This document shows, one piece after another, positions 1-10,514 of a stretch of DNA of 64,000 bases. Both the position numbers and the translations under genes were made by a program. The DNA is taken from the NCBI GenBank assembly GCA_951804945.1, contig OX638151.1, forward strand, positions 28,954,001 to 29,018,000, in the 5' to 3' direction. The DNA is from Podarcis cretensis (taxonomy: Eukaryota). Every line of letters begins with the position of its first letter. The first letter of the stretch is position 1. The notes below the pieces were generated by a model. It had not been told where the DNA came from. It searched no databases and was given only the letters and a program-made list of their open reading frames with translations.

Positions 1-189
1 GCTCTGTGCAATTGTCAGACTAGCACTTGAACAGGAAATACATTGCTCCGGGAAGAAGCAATATACTCTTCTAGGCTCCAGAATGGCTCTTTCCCCATCC
101 CCAGTGGCTCATCACTGTCTGCCCAGATACATTTTTCTGCTAAACAAAGTTAACTAAGAGATTAGGAATATGTTTGTACTGCATGGGTA

Positions 190-420
190 CAGTGGTACCT
201 CATGTTACGTACCGAATTCTGCAGGTTAAGCACTCTGCTAACCTGGAAGTAGATGCCCCTTGTTGTGAACTTTGCTCCGGGATGCGAGCGGAAGTCGTGC
301 CCCGGCAGCACGGCAGCAGTGGGAGGCGCCATTAGCAAAAGCGCACCTCATGTTACGAGCAGTTTCCGGTTACGAACGGACCTCTGGAACGGATTAAGTA
401 CATAACACAAGGTACCACTG
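190..420. mobile_element. Tc1/mariner (Tigger/pogo-like) MITE
   Basis: TIRs CAGTGGTACCT / AGGTACCACTG with TA on both sides. Confidence 0.9.
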
Positions 421-879
421 TATACCTTTTGAAATGTAATTTGAATTTGGTTCCCAGTTTGGTACCTGAAGTAAGGACCTCAGAAACTTTGATTGAAATG
501 TATCAAGCTTAGGAAAACAGCCATTGTACCAAATGTTGGAAGCATATAATAGTGATGCAGATTTCGCATTTAATACTTTTAAGACTGAGGGAATATACTA
601 ATGTCCCTGTGTATGAAAGAAAGGGAGCATTGCCAGTTTGCTCACCTCCACTATTTGGGAAGTAAACAGCCAGTGAGTGTTCCAAGACTTTGTATAGTGG
701 AAGGTAAGTCCTAAATACAGAAAGTTTTTGGTCTGTTCAAGGGCATGACCACTGAAAGTTTAAGTTAAGCCTCCAGCAGTGGAGGTGGTGAGAATGAATT
801 ACAGTATATGTAAAAATTCCATGTTGGTTTTCTGACATGCTTTTTTTAAAAGGCTTTTGCAATGAAGAATGGAACCCGG

Positions 880-1465
880 GTACAAGTTCAACTTAAACCA
901 GGTTGTTAGGGAGAAAGCAGCCTTGAAAGAAAGTGACTAAGGTGAAAGAGTTTATGAGCAATGTATCAAAATATAAGTACAATGGTACCTTGGAAATCGA
1001 ACAGAATCCAATGGATTCCAATTGGCTGCAGGAAGCTCGTGCAGCCAATCGGAAGCTGCAGAAGCCCCATCGGATGTTTGAGTTTGAAAGAACATTCGCA
1101 AACCGGAACACTCACTTTCGTGAGGGTTTGCAGCATTCCCAAGCCAAAACAGACAAGTACCAAGACGTTTGGGATCCAAGGTACAACTGTGTGAAACACT
1201 GTTTAGAGAAGAATAAGGGGGGAATGTGATAACACTTTTCAAATATCTAAAGGGCCATTGCACAGAGGAAGCTAAAGACTTGTTTTCTGATGCCCCAGAA
1301 GCCAGGGCTACGGCTTAAGTTACAGGAGGGTAGATTTTAGTTAAACATTAGCAGAATGGCAAGAGTAATTAGACAATGAAAGGAAATACCTAGTGGGGTA
1401 GTGTGATTTCCCTCACTTAAGGTAGTCATGCAAAGGCTGGATAACCAACTGCTGGGGCTGCTCTA
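880..1465 (+). mobile_element. Degenerate CR1 LINE 3' fragment, interrupted by a MITE
   Basis: CR1 ORF2-end-like text (ttcaaatatctaaaggg...aagttacaggagggtagatttt...aggctggataacc). Boundaries are approximate. Confidence 0.65.
980..1189. mobile_element. Tc1/mariner MITE (distinct internal sequence)
   Basis: ta|CAATGGTACCTTGGA ... TCCAAGGTACAACTG|tg inverted ends. Confidence 0.8.
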
Positions 1466-2380
1466 AGCTTTTCACCGATGACAAAAACTTCCAAGAGTCG
1501 GTGAGGTGGTTATTAATTTTATTTATTGACTAAGACTACAGATGCATGGCTTCTGATTTGAGTTCTGCAGGCCAGCTGTGCATGTAACAAAATCAAAGTT
1601 CAAAGCAGTCACAGCTCTAATAATAATAATAATGGCACTGACCAGGGCTACTGTCTTCTGTGCTATTAATAAGCCATGCTTCTTCTTTCCAATGTTTCTC
1701 ATTGGCTTTAAAGGGCCAGGCACAAGCTACACTCTTGTGCTATTGCCCAGTAATCAGAGAGGCCTTTCTGCATGACCAAACAAAGTATGTTCCAGCCAAA
1801 TTTTATTCTTTGGCCGATATCCATGCAAGTTGATCCAGCACTCATAGCACGGTACTCCTTCTCTATGTATAGTGTGTAGAGATGTGTGCTATAGACATGA
1901 GAAGGACAGCAGAAAAATACCAAAGAAAATTAAACTTATGAGACAGATTTGGCGATCTCAAACGCTAGAAAAAAAAACAGTGCTGTACAAGCAATGCAGC
2001 CATTTGCCTTTGTATAAACAAGGTAGCAGGCAACTGTGGAGAAATAATGTGGGCATAACATAGACTCCTGCACAATCAGATTACTCTGTGCAATCACAAC
2101 AGCAATAATAGGTTCAATATACACAGGAAGACTATCCTTGTGGCTTGTACAAAATATCGCATAAGGTTCCTTCAGGATCAGACCAATCTAATCCACCAGC
2201 CTGCCTCCAACACTGGCTTAGCCAGATCCCTCCAGAAAGCTCATAAGCAGGGCACGAAGGCAACAGCCTTTTCCTGCTCTACGACCTTCAGCAACTGGGA
2301 TACAGGAAAATACTGCATCCTAAGCTCATTGTTGTTGTTTAGTCACAACTGGGATACAGGAGAATACTGCATCCTAAGCT

Positions 2381-2750
2381 TGTTGTTGTTGTTGTTTAGT
2401 CATGTCCGACTCTTCGTGACCCCATGGACCAGAGCACGCCAGGCACTCCTGTCTTCCACTGCCTCCCACAGTTTGGTCAAACTCATGTTAGTAGCTTCGA
2501 GAACACTGTCCAACCATCTTGTCCTCTGTTGTCCCCTTCTCCTTGTGCCCTCAATCTTTCCCAACATCAGGGTGTTTTCCAGGGAGTCTTCTCTTCTCAT
2601 CAGGTGGCCAAAGTACTGGAGCCTCAGCTTCAGAATCTGTCCTTTCAGTGAGCACTCAGGGCTGATTTCCTTAAGAATGGATAGGTTAGATCTTCTTGCA
2701 GTCCACGGGACTCTCAAGAGTCTCCTCCAGCACCATAATTCAAAAGCATC
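2381..2750 (-). mobile_element. BovB (RTE) LINE, 5'-truncated
   Basis: Encodes the RTE C-terminus RVPWTARRSN...LKLRLQYFGHLMRREDSLE...WRALVHGVTKSRT and ends in a (CAA)n tail. Confidence 0.95.
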
Positions 2751-2901
2751 ATAGAATCATAGAGTTGGAAGAGACCACAAGGGCCATCAAGTCCAACCCC
2801 CTGCCAAGCAGGAAACACCATCAGAGCACTCCTGACATATGGTTGTCAAGCCTCTGCTTAAAGACCTCCAAAGAAGGAGACTCCACCACACTCCTTGGCA
2901 G
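2749..2901 (-). mobile_element. Young CR1 LINE 3' end
   Basis: Reverse complement of the CR1 (ATTCTATG)n tail (tcatagaatcatagag) followed by ttggaagagaccacaagggccatc. Confidence 0.85.
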
Positions 2902-3024
2902 GAGTGTCATCAATAGCTCATCAATAAACTTTGGACCAAGTAATTAGCAGATTGCCTTGCCAATAGGCAAGTGCAGTCAGTGAGATTGGAAGAGACTCCA
3001 GGGGATGAACCGTGACTCACAGAT

Positions 3025-3038
3025 TGCCATCTAGTGGC
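3025..3038 (-). promoter_or_regulatory. CTCF core motif with adjacent AP-1 site
   Basis: GCCACTAGATGGCA on the minus strand. TGACTCA at 3013-3019. Confidence 0.5.
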
Positions 3039-3646
3039 AATATAGAAGTGGGCCTTCTTTGTTCTCTAGAATGTTGTCACCCCCTACTGTTCGGGAGGCT
3101 CCATCCACAGCATGTCTCAACTACTTTCTAAAAAAAATATGTATCTTTTTGTCTGAGAATTACCTGACTATCAACTGCTGGCTTGTACTGGTTATTATTT
3201 TCAGTATTTTACAGTCCAGGTGTTGTCATTTAGTTATGATGACTTTATTTGCTTGTTATTTATATTATCTGTATATATGTATTGAGTTCTTTTAGACCTC
3301 TTGGCTCTTTGGTCTTTTCGAGTCTTTGACTCATCACTGTAAGCCAGCTCAATATATTTATATATAGTAAGCCATCTGTAAGTTGACTAAAAAAATAAAT
3401 AAATGATGGATGTCCCATCTTGTTAGCCAATATCTATGCATTAGACCTATCTTCCATAATTTTTCTGATGCCTGTTTAATGTTACCTGAGGATAAGCTTA
3501 GTATTGTGGCATCTTATGGCAGTAATTCCATCAGTTAAATTATACATTGTGAAAGTATTTCCTTTTGTCTGTCCTGAATCTACTGCCAACAATTTCACCA
3601 GTGACCCTCAAATTCTAGCATTATGAAGATAGAGGGCAACATTGAT

Positions 3647-3810
3647 GAGCCTGGATAGCTCAGTTGGTTAGACCATGGTGCTGATAACGCCAAGGTTGCA
3701 GGTTCGATCCCTGTATGGACCAGCTGCATATTCCTGCATTGCAGGGGGTTGGACTAGATGATCCTCAGGGTCCCTTCCAACTCTACAGTTCTATGATTCT
3801 ATGATTCTAT
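3647..3810 (+). mobile_element. tRNA-Ile-derived SINE with CR1 tail (Squam3-like)
   Basis: A box TAGCTCAGTTGG, B box GGTTCGATCCC, tRNA-Ile-like body, then ggtcccttccaactct and (TTCTATGA)n. Confidence 0.9.
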
Positions 3811-4948
3811 ATATCCCCATGTTATTACTAATCTAACAAAACAAACAATGGCAGGAATGGGGAACCTCCAGATCATGGTCCAAATATGGAGCACAAGTCT
3901 TCAGAATCTGGAACTTGGAGATCTCCAGGTGTCTGGCTGCAGAGTTCCGCTGAAGAACTCTTTTCCTTCCATTCCTCTTTGGTCCTTAGATCTGCCCATC
4001 AGTAGTATACAGGCATTGATTACTTTCCACTGGAAATGCAGATTTCAAGGGGCAGGGAGGACTTCTCACACCTGCTCTATGCTGTCTCTCTCCAACCCTA
4101 AACCAGTAATCTAAATTAAACACTTCAAATGCTTTCCCCTATTTCCATATGGAATGTGCCCCTAATATTGAATCATTCTGGCTGTCATTTTTCAGCATAA
4201 TTTCTATCTCCATTATATCCTTTTTGTTGTGGGGCTATCAAAAGTGTATACAGTACACTTCATAAGTATTTGTTTTATTTATTTATTTATTATTTGTTTG
4301 TTTTTGTTTGTTTGTTTGTTTGTTTGTATTTATTTATTTATTTATGGTTTTTCCTTAGGTTTGTTTTTGGCAGTTTGTGGCCCCTTTATTTACCCATCTG
4401 ACCAAGGCTTTTAAAGCGCAGCTTTCTTACCTTTTATATCTTTCCCTGCTCATTTACTAAGCTGACATCTCCTTGGAGTTGTTTGTACATATATATTTTA
4501 TCTGATCATCTATTTAGTATATTCAAAATAACTTCTGAGAACATTGAAAAAATTATTCTTTTTTTTTCTCTTTCCTTTCATTTGTCAGAAGTTTCTTCTT
4601 TTGAAATCAAATGCAGCCATGCTGGACATTCTGGGTTTCTGATTAATTCAACAGCACTTAACATCTCAAACCATATCCTGGGCATCAATCAGAATTAAGT
4701 GAAGGATCACTTCCCCTCTCCTTGACTCCAAATCAAGGAGGGCTATGAGGGCTAAATTAGATGAGATACTAGATCTCCTGTTTCACAGAATTTTGGTAAA
4801 TGGCAGCCATGGAGAAGGGATATTTTAATTTTGGAAACTGTGCAGGAAGAAGGGATTAAAAAGGCCTCCCAGTCTGGAACTCCTCCACACACCATGGCTA
4901 TTTGCCAAAAAACTTAAGGAAATGGTAAATATATTCAGGTATCTGTTG

Positions 4949-5208
4949 GTCCCAGCTCCTGCGAACCTAGCAGTTCAAAAGCACCCTAAAAAGTACAAGT
5001 AGATAAATAGGTACCGCTCCAGCGGGAAGGTAAACAGCGTTTCCGTGCAGTGCTCTGGTTTCGCCAGAAGCAGCTTAGTCATGCTGGCCACATGACCCAG
5101 AAAAACTGTCTGCGGACAAACGTTGGCTCCCTCGGCCAGTAAAGCAAGATGAGGGCAGCAACCCCCAAGTCGTTTGTGACTGGACTTAACTGTCGGGTCC
5201 GTTACCTC
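4949..5208 (+). mobile_element. Sauria SINE (Squam1), older subfamily, 5'-truncated
   Basis: Core aagtagataaataggtaccgct...gctggccacatgacc. TSD TATCTGTTG at 4940-4948 and 5209-5217. Confidence 0.9.
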
Positions 5209-7340
5209 TATCTGTTGATCTGATGTAATTTTGCCCTAAGGCACAACCATATCACATCTGCAACACTTTGAATCTAGTTAGATGAGTGACTTGCAGTACA
5301 ATGCTCTCCATGCATTTACTTCCCAAGAGTAAATCCCAGTTACTTCAATGAGGCTTACTCCCAGATAAGTGGAATAAGGCAGAAGCCATGGTTGTTTTGT
5401 GCACCCACATAATAGCAATCCTGAAAACTTAAAAGTTTGGGTAGAAGAGAACTACTTCAGTGTTCAGTTGGGTAATCAATTTCAAGAAATAGCGTGAGGC
5501 AGGTGAAATAGATCCATCATTGCCTGCTTGAAACATTCTTGGAAGGAAATGCTGATACAAAGGCTTTACTTATATAAGGAAGGTGAATGATTTAATCAGG
5601 TAATGATGGATTCAGGTGACACAGTGTCAGGTTCACTGCAGGTATGCCATCTTTGCACTGAAGCCAAGGTCCATGTAATTTGGTAAGCCAAGGCCTCTAT
5701 TATTTAAAAACCACTCTCTTAGGGCTACGTAAAAATGCCTATAGGATCAAACAAGTCAATTAGTTAATTTTTAGATCGTCTGGATTTGCTAAGGATGGCA
5801 TTAGCTCTGAGTTAGGTAAACACACACTTTGGAAGGTGCTGAATTTGTGTGGAGCCAGGAAGCAAACGTTACAGTTTTCATTTCAAAGGAACGCTTATCT
5901 GAATTTACATAACTAGTCCTATCTTTGTTTACTACCCTCCCAATTGAAGATATATCATATTTATCATACAGTGTTCATAGGTTTGTAGATCAAATTGGTT
6001 CTGCAACAGATAAAAATGGCACCATTCATAGAAGATCTAACTATTCAACTCCAGAGAGAACAAAGCAACCAGTAACAACTGTTTCAACACAGGCCAGACA
6101 TACTACCCACCGCACCCCATGATTACTGAAAGGAACAGTGAGTCTAAGTCTGTCCATTAATTTTTGTGAAATTTGCCAACACTATTTGTTCACTTATCAG
6201 TTTATTTCTGGAATAAACTGCTGCAATCTCTAGTGGACCTTGAAAACCTTCCAAGTTTTATCACAATAGACTCACTTCTAATTTGGTGCTGCTGAGTTAG
6301 GGCATATTACTTATAAGTCTGCTGGTGTCCATGGATAAAGTTCTTTAGCATTCACTAGATTCAGGGGGGCAGCTACACAGCATTATTGTATCTAAAGATG
6401 TAACAAAACAAAATAAAGTTGCTTGGTTTGTTAGCAAATAATGAAACTCCAGTTCCCCTATTCCTTGGGAAATATTCTATATTTTATAATGGAGTTGTAC
6501 AAGAATCAGTCACTGGCTTATCATCTTTAACATTTGATAGGGGTCAAACTCTCTTGGGGTACTTCCCACACTAGTTAATATTGTGAGACCTAGAATAAAA
6601 TTCTTGCCAATTTCACAAAATGTGTTTTTCCAGATTCCCTCTGGAGGGCCCAGTTTGGGGATGCCTGGCCTAATGCTACTGCATACTCTTAAGAGCATGT
6701 TGGGGTTTTTACAAGGGAAAAAATATCTCCCGTCTTGGAGCAACAGCAGCAATAGTGGTAATAGATTAAAAGAGTTGATAGGTGAAGTTTTCCCAACCAC
6801 CAGCATTGATTCTTCTTCTTCAAGGAGTAAGTATGTATGTGTGGTACAGTTTTTAAGGCAAAGAGAAAATGTGAGTTTACAGCATGCAAACAGAAGTGAA
6901 TGGCAAAGGTTTTGGCTGGGCAGGTAAACTGCTGCCCACCTCTCCCTCCCTCCTAGCCCAGAAGCAGGACTCCACTGGCTTATGGATCAGCTACTCACAC
7001 TTAGGCTGAGATCCCACCTGGCATAGGGGCCGGAGGGCATATAAGGCAAACTGAGCTTTGCCCTAAGTAGGCACTGGGTTATGGGTGGGGAAATTGACTG
7101 GATGGCTTGCTCAGAGAAGATAGGAACTGTGATCAAGGTTTTGAGGGTGAAAGTCTATGCTATAGATACCAGAGCAGATGGAGAATTGACTGTATGGAGT
7201 TTTGCTATGTTGTTTGTGCAGGAGCATACCAGCTAATGCCACAGAATTTTATAGCAGCTAAGGAAACCTTTTACAAACTTAGGAATGCAGCAAGGAGCTA
7301 AATCACTTATACCTACGGGATGTAAACATCATCACAATAG

Positions 7341-7505
7341 GGGCTCCTACAGAGCTTATGCTTTGAATGCAAAAAGGTACCAGGTTCAATACAGCTCCTG
7401 ATATTGCCAGATAGAGCTATGAAAGACTTCTATTTGAAACTGGAGTGCAGAAAACACAGAGCTGATAGACTACTGATGTGACTTATAAGACATCTTCTTA
7501 AGTTC
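7341..7505 (+). mobile_element. Degenerate tRNA-derived SINE (Squam2-like)
   Basis: gctttgaatgcaaaaaggtaccaggttcaat head and cttcttaagttc tail. Similar to 22776-22982 and 41310-41452. Confidence 0.6.
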
Positions 7506-8930
7506 TGCCTAATGTCAGCCCTGGACAACCACTAACCTCTGCTTAATCCTTCCTTGCATGAGAATAGCTGTGACAGGCTCTAGCACCTATATAATCTCTA
7601 GGTACAACACTGCCATTGTACTGTCTTCAGCTTGAAAGATGCCTTCACCGGTTGAGACAACAGAGATAAATAAACTCCATCTCCCCTGGCTACATCTATG
7701 ATATTGGTCAAAGGCTCATATTGTCATTTCCTATATAATATCTCTTCCACCCATCCTCACCCTCTCTCAAATTTGCCAGTCCAGTAAACTGTTACTATAA
7801 TTCACAGAATGAGGGGAAAGACAACAAAACCCCTACTGTGGCACTTTAGAGAAGGGCTTGGAGACCTCTGGCCCCACAGGGAACTCATCCATGCAACTGA
7901 TGCCTACAAAAAGCAGCTTTCAGCTTTACTACCCACCAGCTGATAAGCAGCAAAGCCGAAGCCTCAGGCTTTAAAATATTGCACAGGGCACAAAGCACCT
8001 GAATGGTGCTTTGAAGTCCCAATGTCAAGACTTCAAAGTGCCCAGTCATTTGATGTCACTGTGATGTCAGCTGAATGATAGGTGGGCAACCTGACCCACC
8101 TGTTAAATTTAGATGGCAATGCTAGGATCCAATAGGAATCTGGCCTGCAAAGCCAAAAAGGTTGCCTACCCAAATATTAGTAAGATGCACATCAAAGGGT
8201 GGGGATATATGTGGAAGTGTGGCCTAGGGAATTGCAAGTCCCTGCATTCTCATGAGAGTTTGGCATGGGTTTAAGTTTACTTGTGAAGAAAGTCAAACTT
8301 ATGCAGAAAGTGTCCCTGCTTCCCTTATTCACTCAGTTGTTTCTCTAAACAAAACCTGCAGCTACACATGACCACATTCTTTTCCACGCCTGGTATTCAA
8401 GGTAATATTCATTCCTTGTCTGCAGCCTCTCCAAACACAGATGCCTGGCTCCCCGTTTCCTTCACCCATGCCATTCAGCAAATTGATTAAACGTGTTTTG
8501 TTACTATTACAATTCATTGTGATGCTGTTTTTTCTATCCCCTTCCAAATGTCAATGGCACGGGAATAGTGGTTTCCTGACAGCTGGGCCAGATGCCCCAA
8601 CACAGCTGAGGAGTTTTGTCTAAGCTGAGGGCTGGCCAGTTGCTAGGCAACTTTTGATCTAGCAACATGGAAAGCACTTCAATTATAACCATGCAAATAG
8701 TTGTCAGAAGGAGGAGACTGGTTTAATTGTTGCCAATAGTGCAGGTGGACTGAAGCCTGCATTTGCAGGTAGTCCTGCTGTGGGATCTTTCCTTGTACCT
8801 ACTATAAATAATAGTGTTGGGAGGGGTGTTGTTACAGGTGAAAACTGACGCAGACAGACCAAACTCAGGCTATTACCCTGGCAGTAAGGCTTCTAATTCT
8901 CGAAACCAACACCTCCCATTTTGGGGATAA

Positions 8931-9501
8931 AGGTAAAGGTAAAGATACCCCTGCCCGTACGGGCCAGTCTTGACAGACTCTGGGGTTGTGCGCCCATCTC
9001 ACTCAAGAGGCCAGGGGCCAGCGCTGTCCGGAGACACTTCCGGGTCACGTGGCCAGCGTGACATCGCTGCTCTGGCCAGAGCCAGAGCCAGAGCCAGAGC
9101 CGCACACGGAAACGCCGTTTACCTTCCCGCTGGTAAAAGGTAAAGGTAAAGGTACCCCTGCCCGTACGGGCCAGTCTTGACAGACTCTGGGGTTGTGCGC
9201 CCATCTCACTTAAGAGGCCAGGGGCCAGCGCTGTCCGGAGACACTTCCGGGTCACGTGGCCAGCGTGACATCGCTGCTCTGGCCAGAGCCAGAGCCGCAC
9301 ACGGAAACGCCGTTTACCTTCCCGCTGGTAAGCGGTCCCTATTTATCTACTTGCACCCGGAGGTGCTTTCGAGCTGCTAGGTTGGCAGGCGCTGGGACCG
9401 AGCAGCGGGAGCGCACCCCGCCGCAGGGATTCGAACTGCCGACCTTTCGATCGGCAAGCCCTAGGCGCTGAGGCTTTAACCCACAGCGCCACCTGCGTCC
9501 C
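8931..9501 (-). mobile_element. Sauria SINE dimer (full copy 9136-9501 plus 3' half copy 8931-9135)
   Basis: tRNA head GGGACGCAGGTGGCGCTG, B box GGTTCGAATCCC, (ACCTTT)n tails. A single TSD ATTTTGGGGATAA at 8918-8930 and 9505-9517. Confidence 0.95.
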
Positions 9502-9654
9502 AGTATTTTGGGGATAAGGAGCACTATATTGGTTTAGGTTTAGTTTTAAATACAAATAGAAACAAAGCCAATAAAGGAGAATGTGCCTTAAATCAGCTCC
9601 AACTTTACCACCTTGTGCTTCAAAATGTGTGGCATGCTTCTAATGCAAAAGACA

Positions 9655-9796
9655 AGGTAGTGACTGGGAATCTGAGTGTGACCTTCCAGATACTATTGGA
9701 CTCCCACTTTCCGTCCCAGTCAACATGGCCAAGGATTGGGGATGATGGGAATTGTATTTCACCAACATCTCGAGGGCCTCAGGTTCCCCATCCCTG
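9655..9796. mobile_element. Short palindromic hAT-type MITE
   Basis: ccagatactattggactc...gggaattgtatttcaccaacatctc...aggttccccatccctg. Related copies near 14645-14768, 24490-24580 and 30450-30545. Confidence 0.7.
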
Positions 9797-10098
9797 AGAT
9801 AATGCATGGAATGCTGTTCTGAAAAGCTTCTTGAGTTTCGGAGGTGGGTAAGACAGGAGGGTGGGAGAAGCAATTGCAATATATCTTTGCCTACCCTTTC
9901 ACTGTCAAAATAAAGAAAAGTAGAGAGAATTAAATCAGGCAGTCCTCACTCCTATAAAGTTGCCTCCAGGTTCCACTGGAACATGGTATTAAGATGAGTG
10001 GACACAATAAAATGTAACAAAACAACTTCAGGAATAAAAAAGAGCAGGAAGGGGGAGTTGTGCTTCTTTGGACCAGAGAAACGTAGTCAAGCACTGAC

Positions 10099-10514
10099 CT
10101 TGAATTGTCCTCTTGAAGAAAGCCTTGCAGGCCTCACATGAAGCCACCCCATAGTGGTACCCTGATGCAATATCACCACACACCAAACACAGTCTTTTGG
10201 GCATTGAGTTCAGCATGTATTCACACTTGGTTTGTGAATCTTCAGCAATGGTACTGGAGCAGTCATCATATCGTTTCCTGACAGGACCGTTACCCCCAAG
10301 ACCTGGGGCAGAAGGATAGAGTGGTGGCGAATCTAGCCCATTCTGATGTCCATTCATGGTTGAACTGTAGCTCCCACTGGCGTCAGAGGAGCCACCAGGG
10401 CTGTGGTGATTGATGCTGTCCGTCAAGGAGGCGGGGCTCGATGGTTCCGTCTTGATATATGACGAACAGCTAGAATCAATGTGTCGATCCTTGCTTGACA
10501 TTCTGCAGAGAAGC
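10099..10514 (-). CDS. ESRRG: ESRRG coding exon (second coding exon: AF-1 region plus first zinc finger of the DNA-binding domain)
   Basis: Translates to [33 protein letters not shown]...[34 protein letters not shown](G), the ERR-type P-box CEACKA with the ERR-gamma N-terminus. Acceptor tctctttttacaattcag|G at 10515/10514, donor CAAG|gtcagt at 10099/10098. 416 bp. ATG of the short isoform at 10501-10499. Confidence 0.98.

Larger units (their letters stand above)
2160..4262 (-). mobile_element. Old CR1-type LINE 3' region fragmented by several nested insertions
   Basis: Colinear pieces at about 2160-2326, 3415-3635 and 4090-4262 resemble squamate CR1 3' ends (ttccttttgtctgtcctgaatc etc.). Confidence 0.6.
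1..10098 (-). other. ESRRG: ESRRG next intron (continues beyond the window start)
   Basis: Starts gtcagt at 10098. No second-zinc-finger exon was recognised in 1-10098. Confidence 0.85.

Noticed and set aside
2140-2754. 204-aa plus-strand ORF (and 34736-35200 on minus)
   Set aside because: Antisense reading of BovB coding sequence.
3647-3722. Functional tRNA-Ile gene
   Set aside because: The acceptor stem is imperfect, there is no T-run terminator, and it continues into a CR1-type tail, so it is a SINE.
8893-9555. Repeated ORFs such as MRLWLWPEQRCHAG and MASVTSLLWPEPEP
   Set aside because: Translations of Sauria SINE copies, recurring wherever the SINE occurs.
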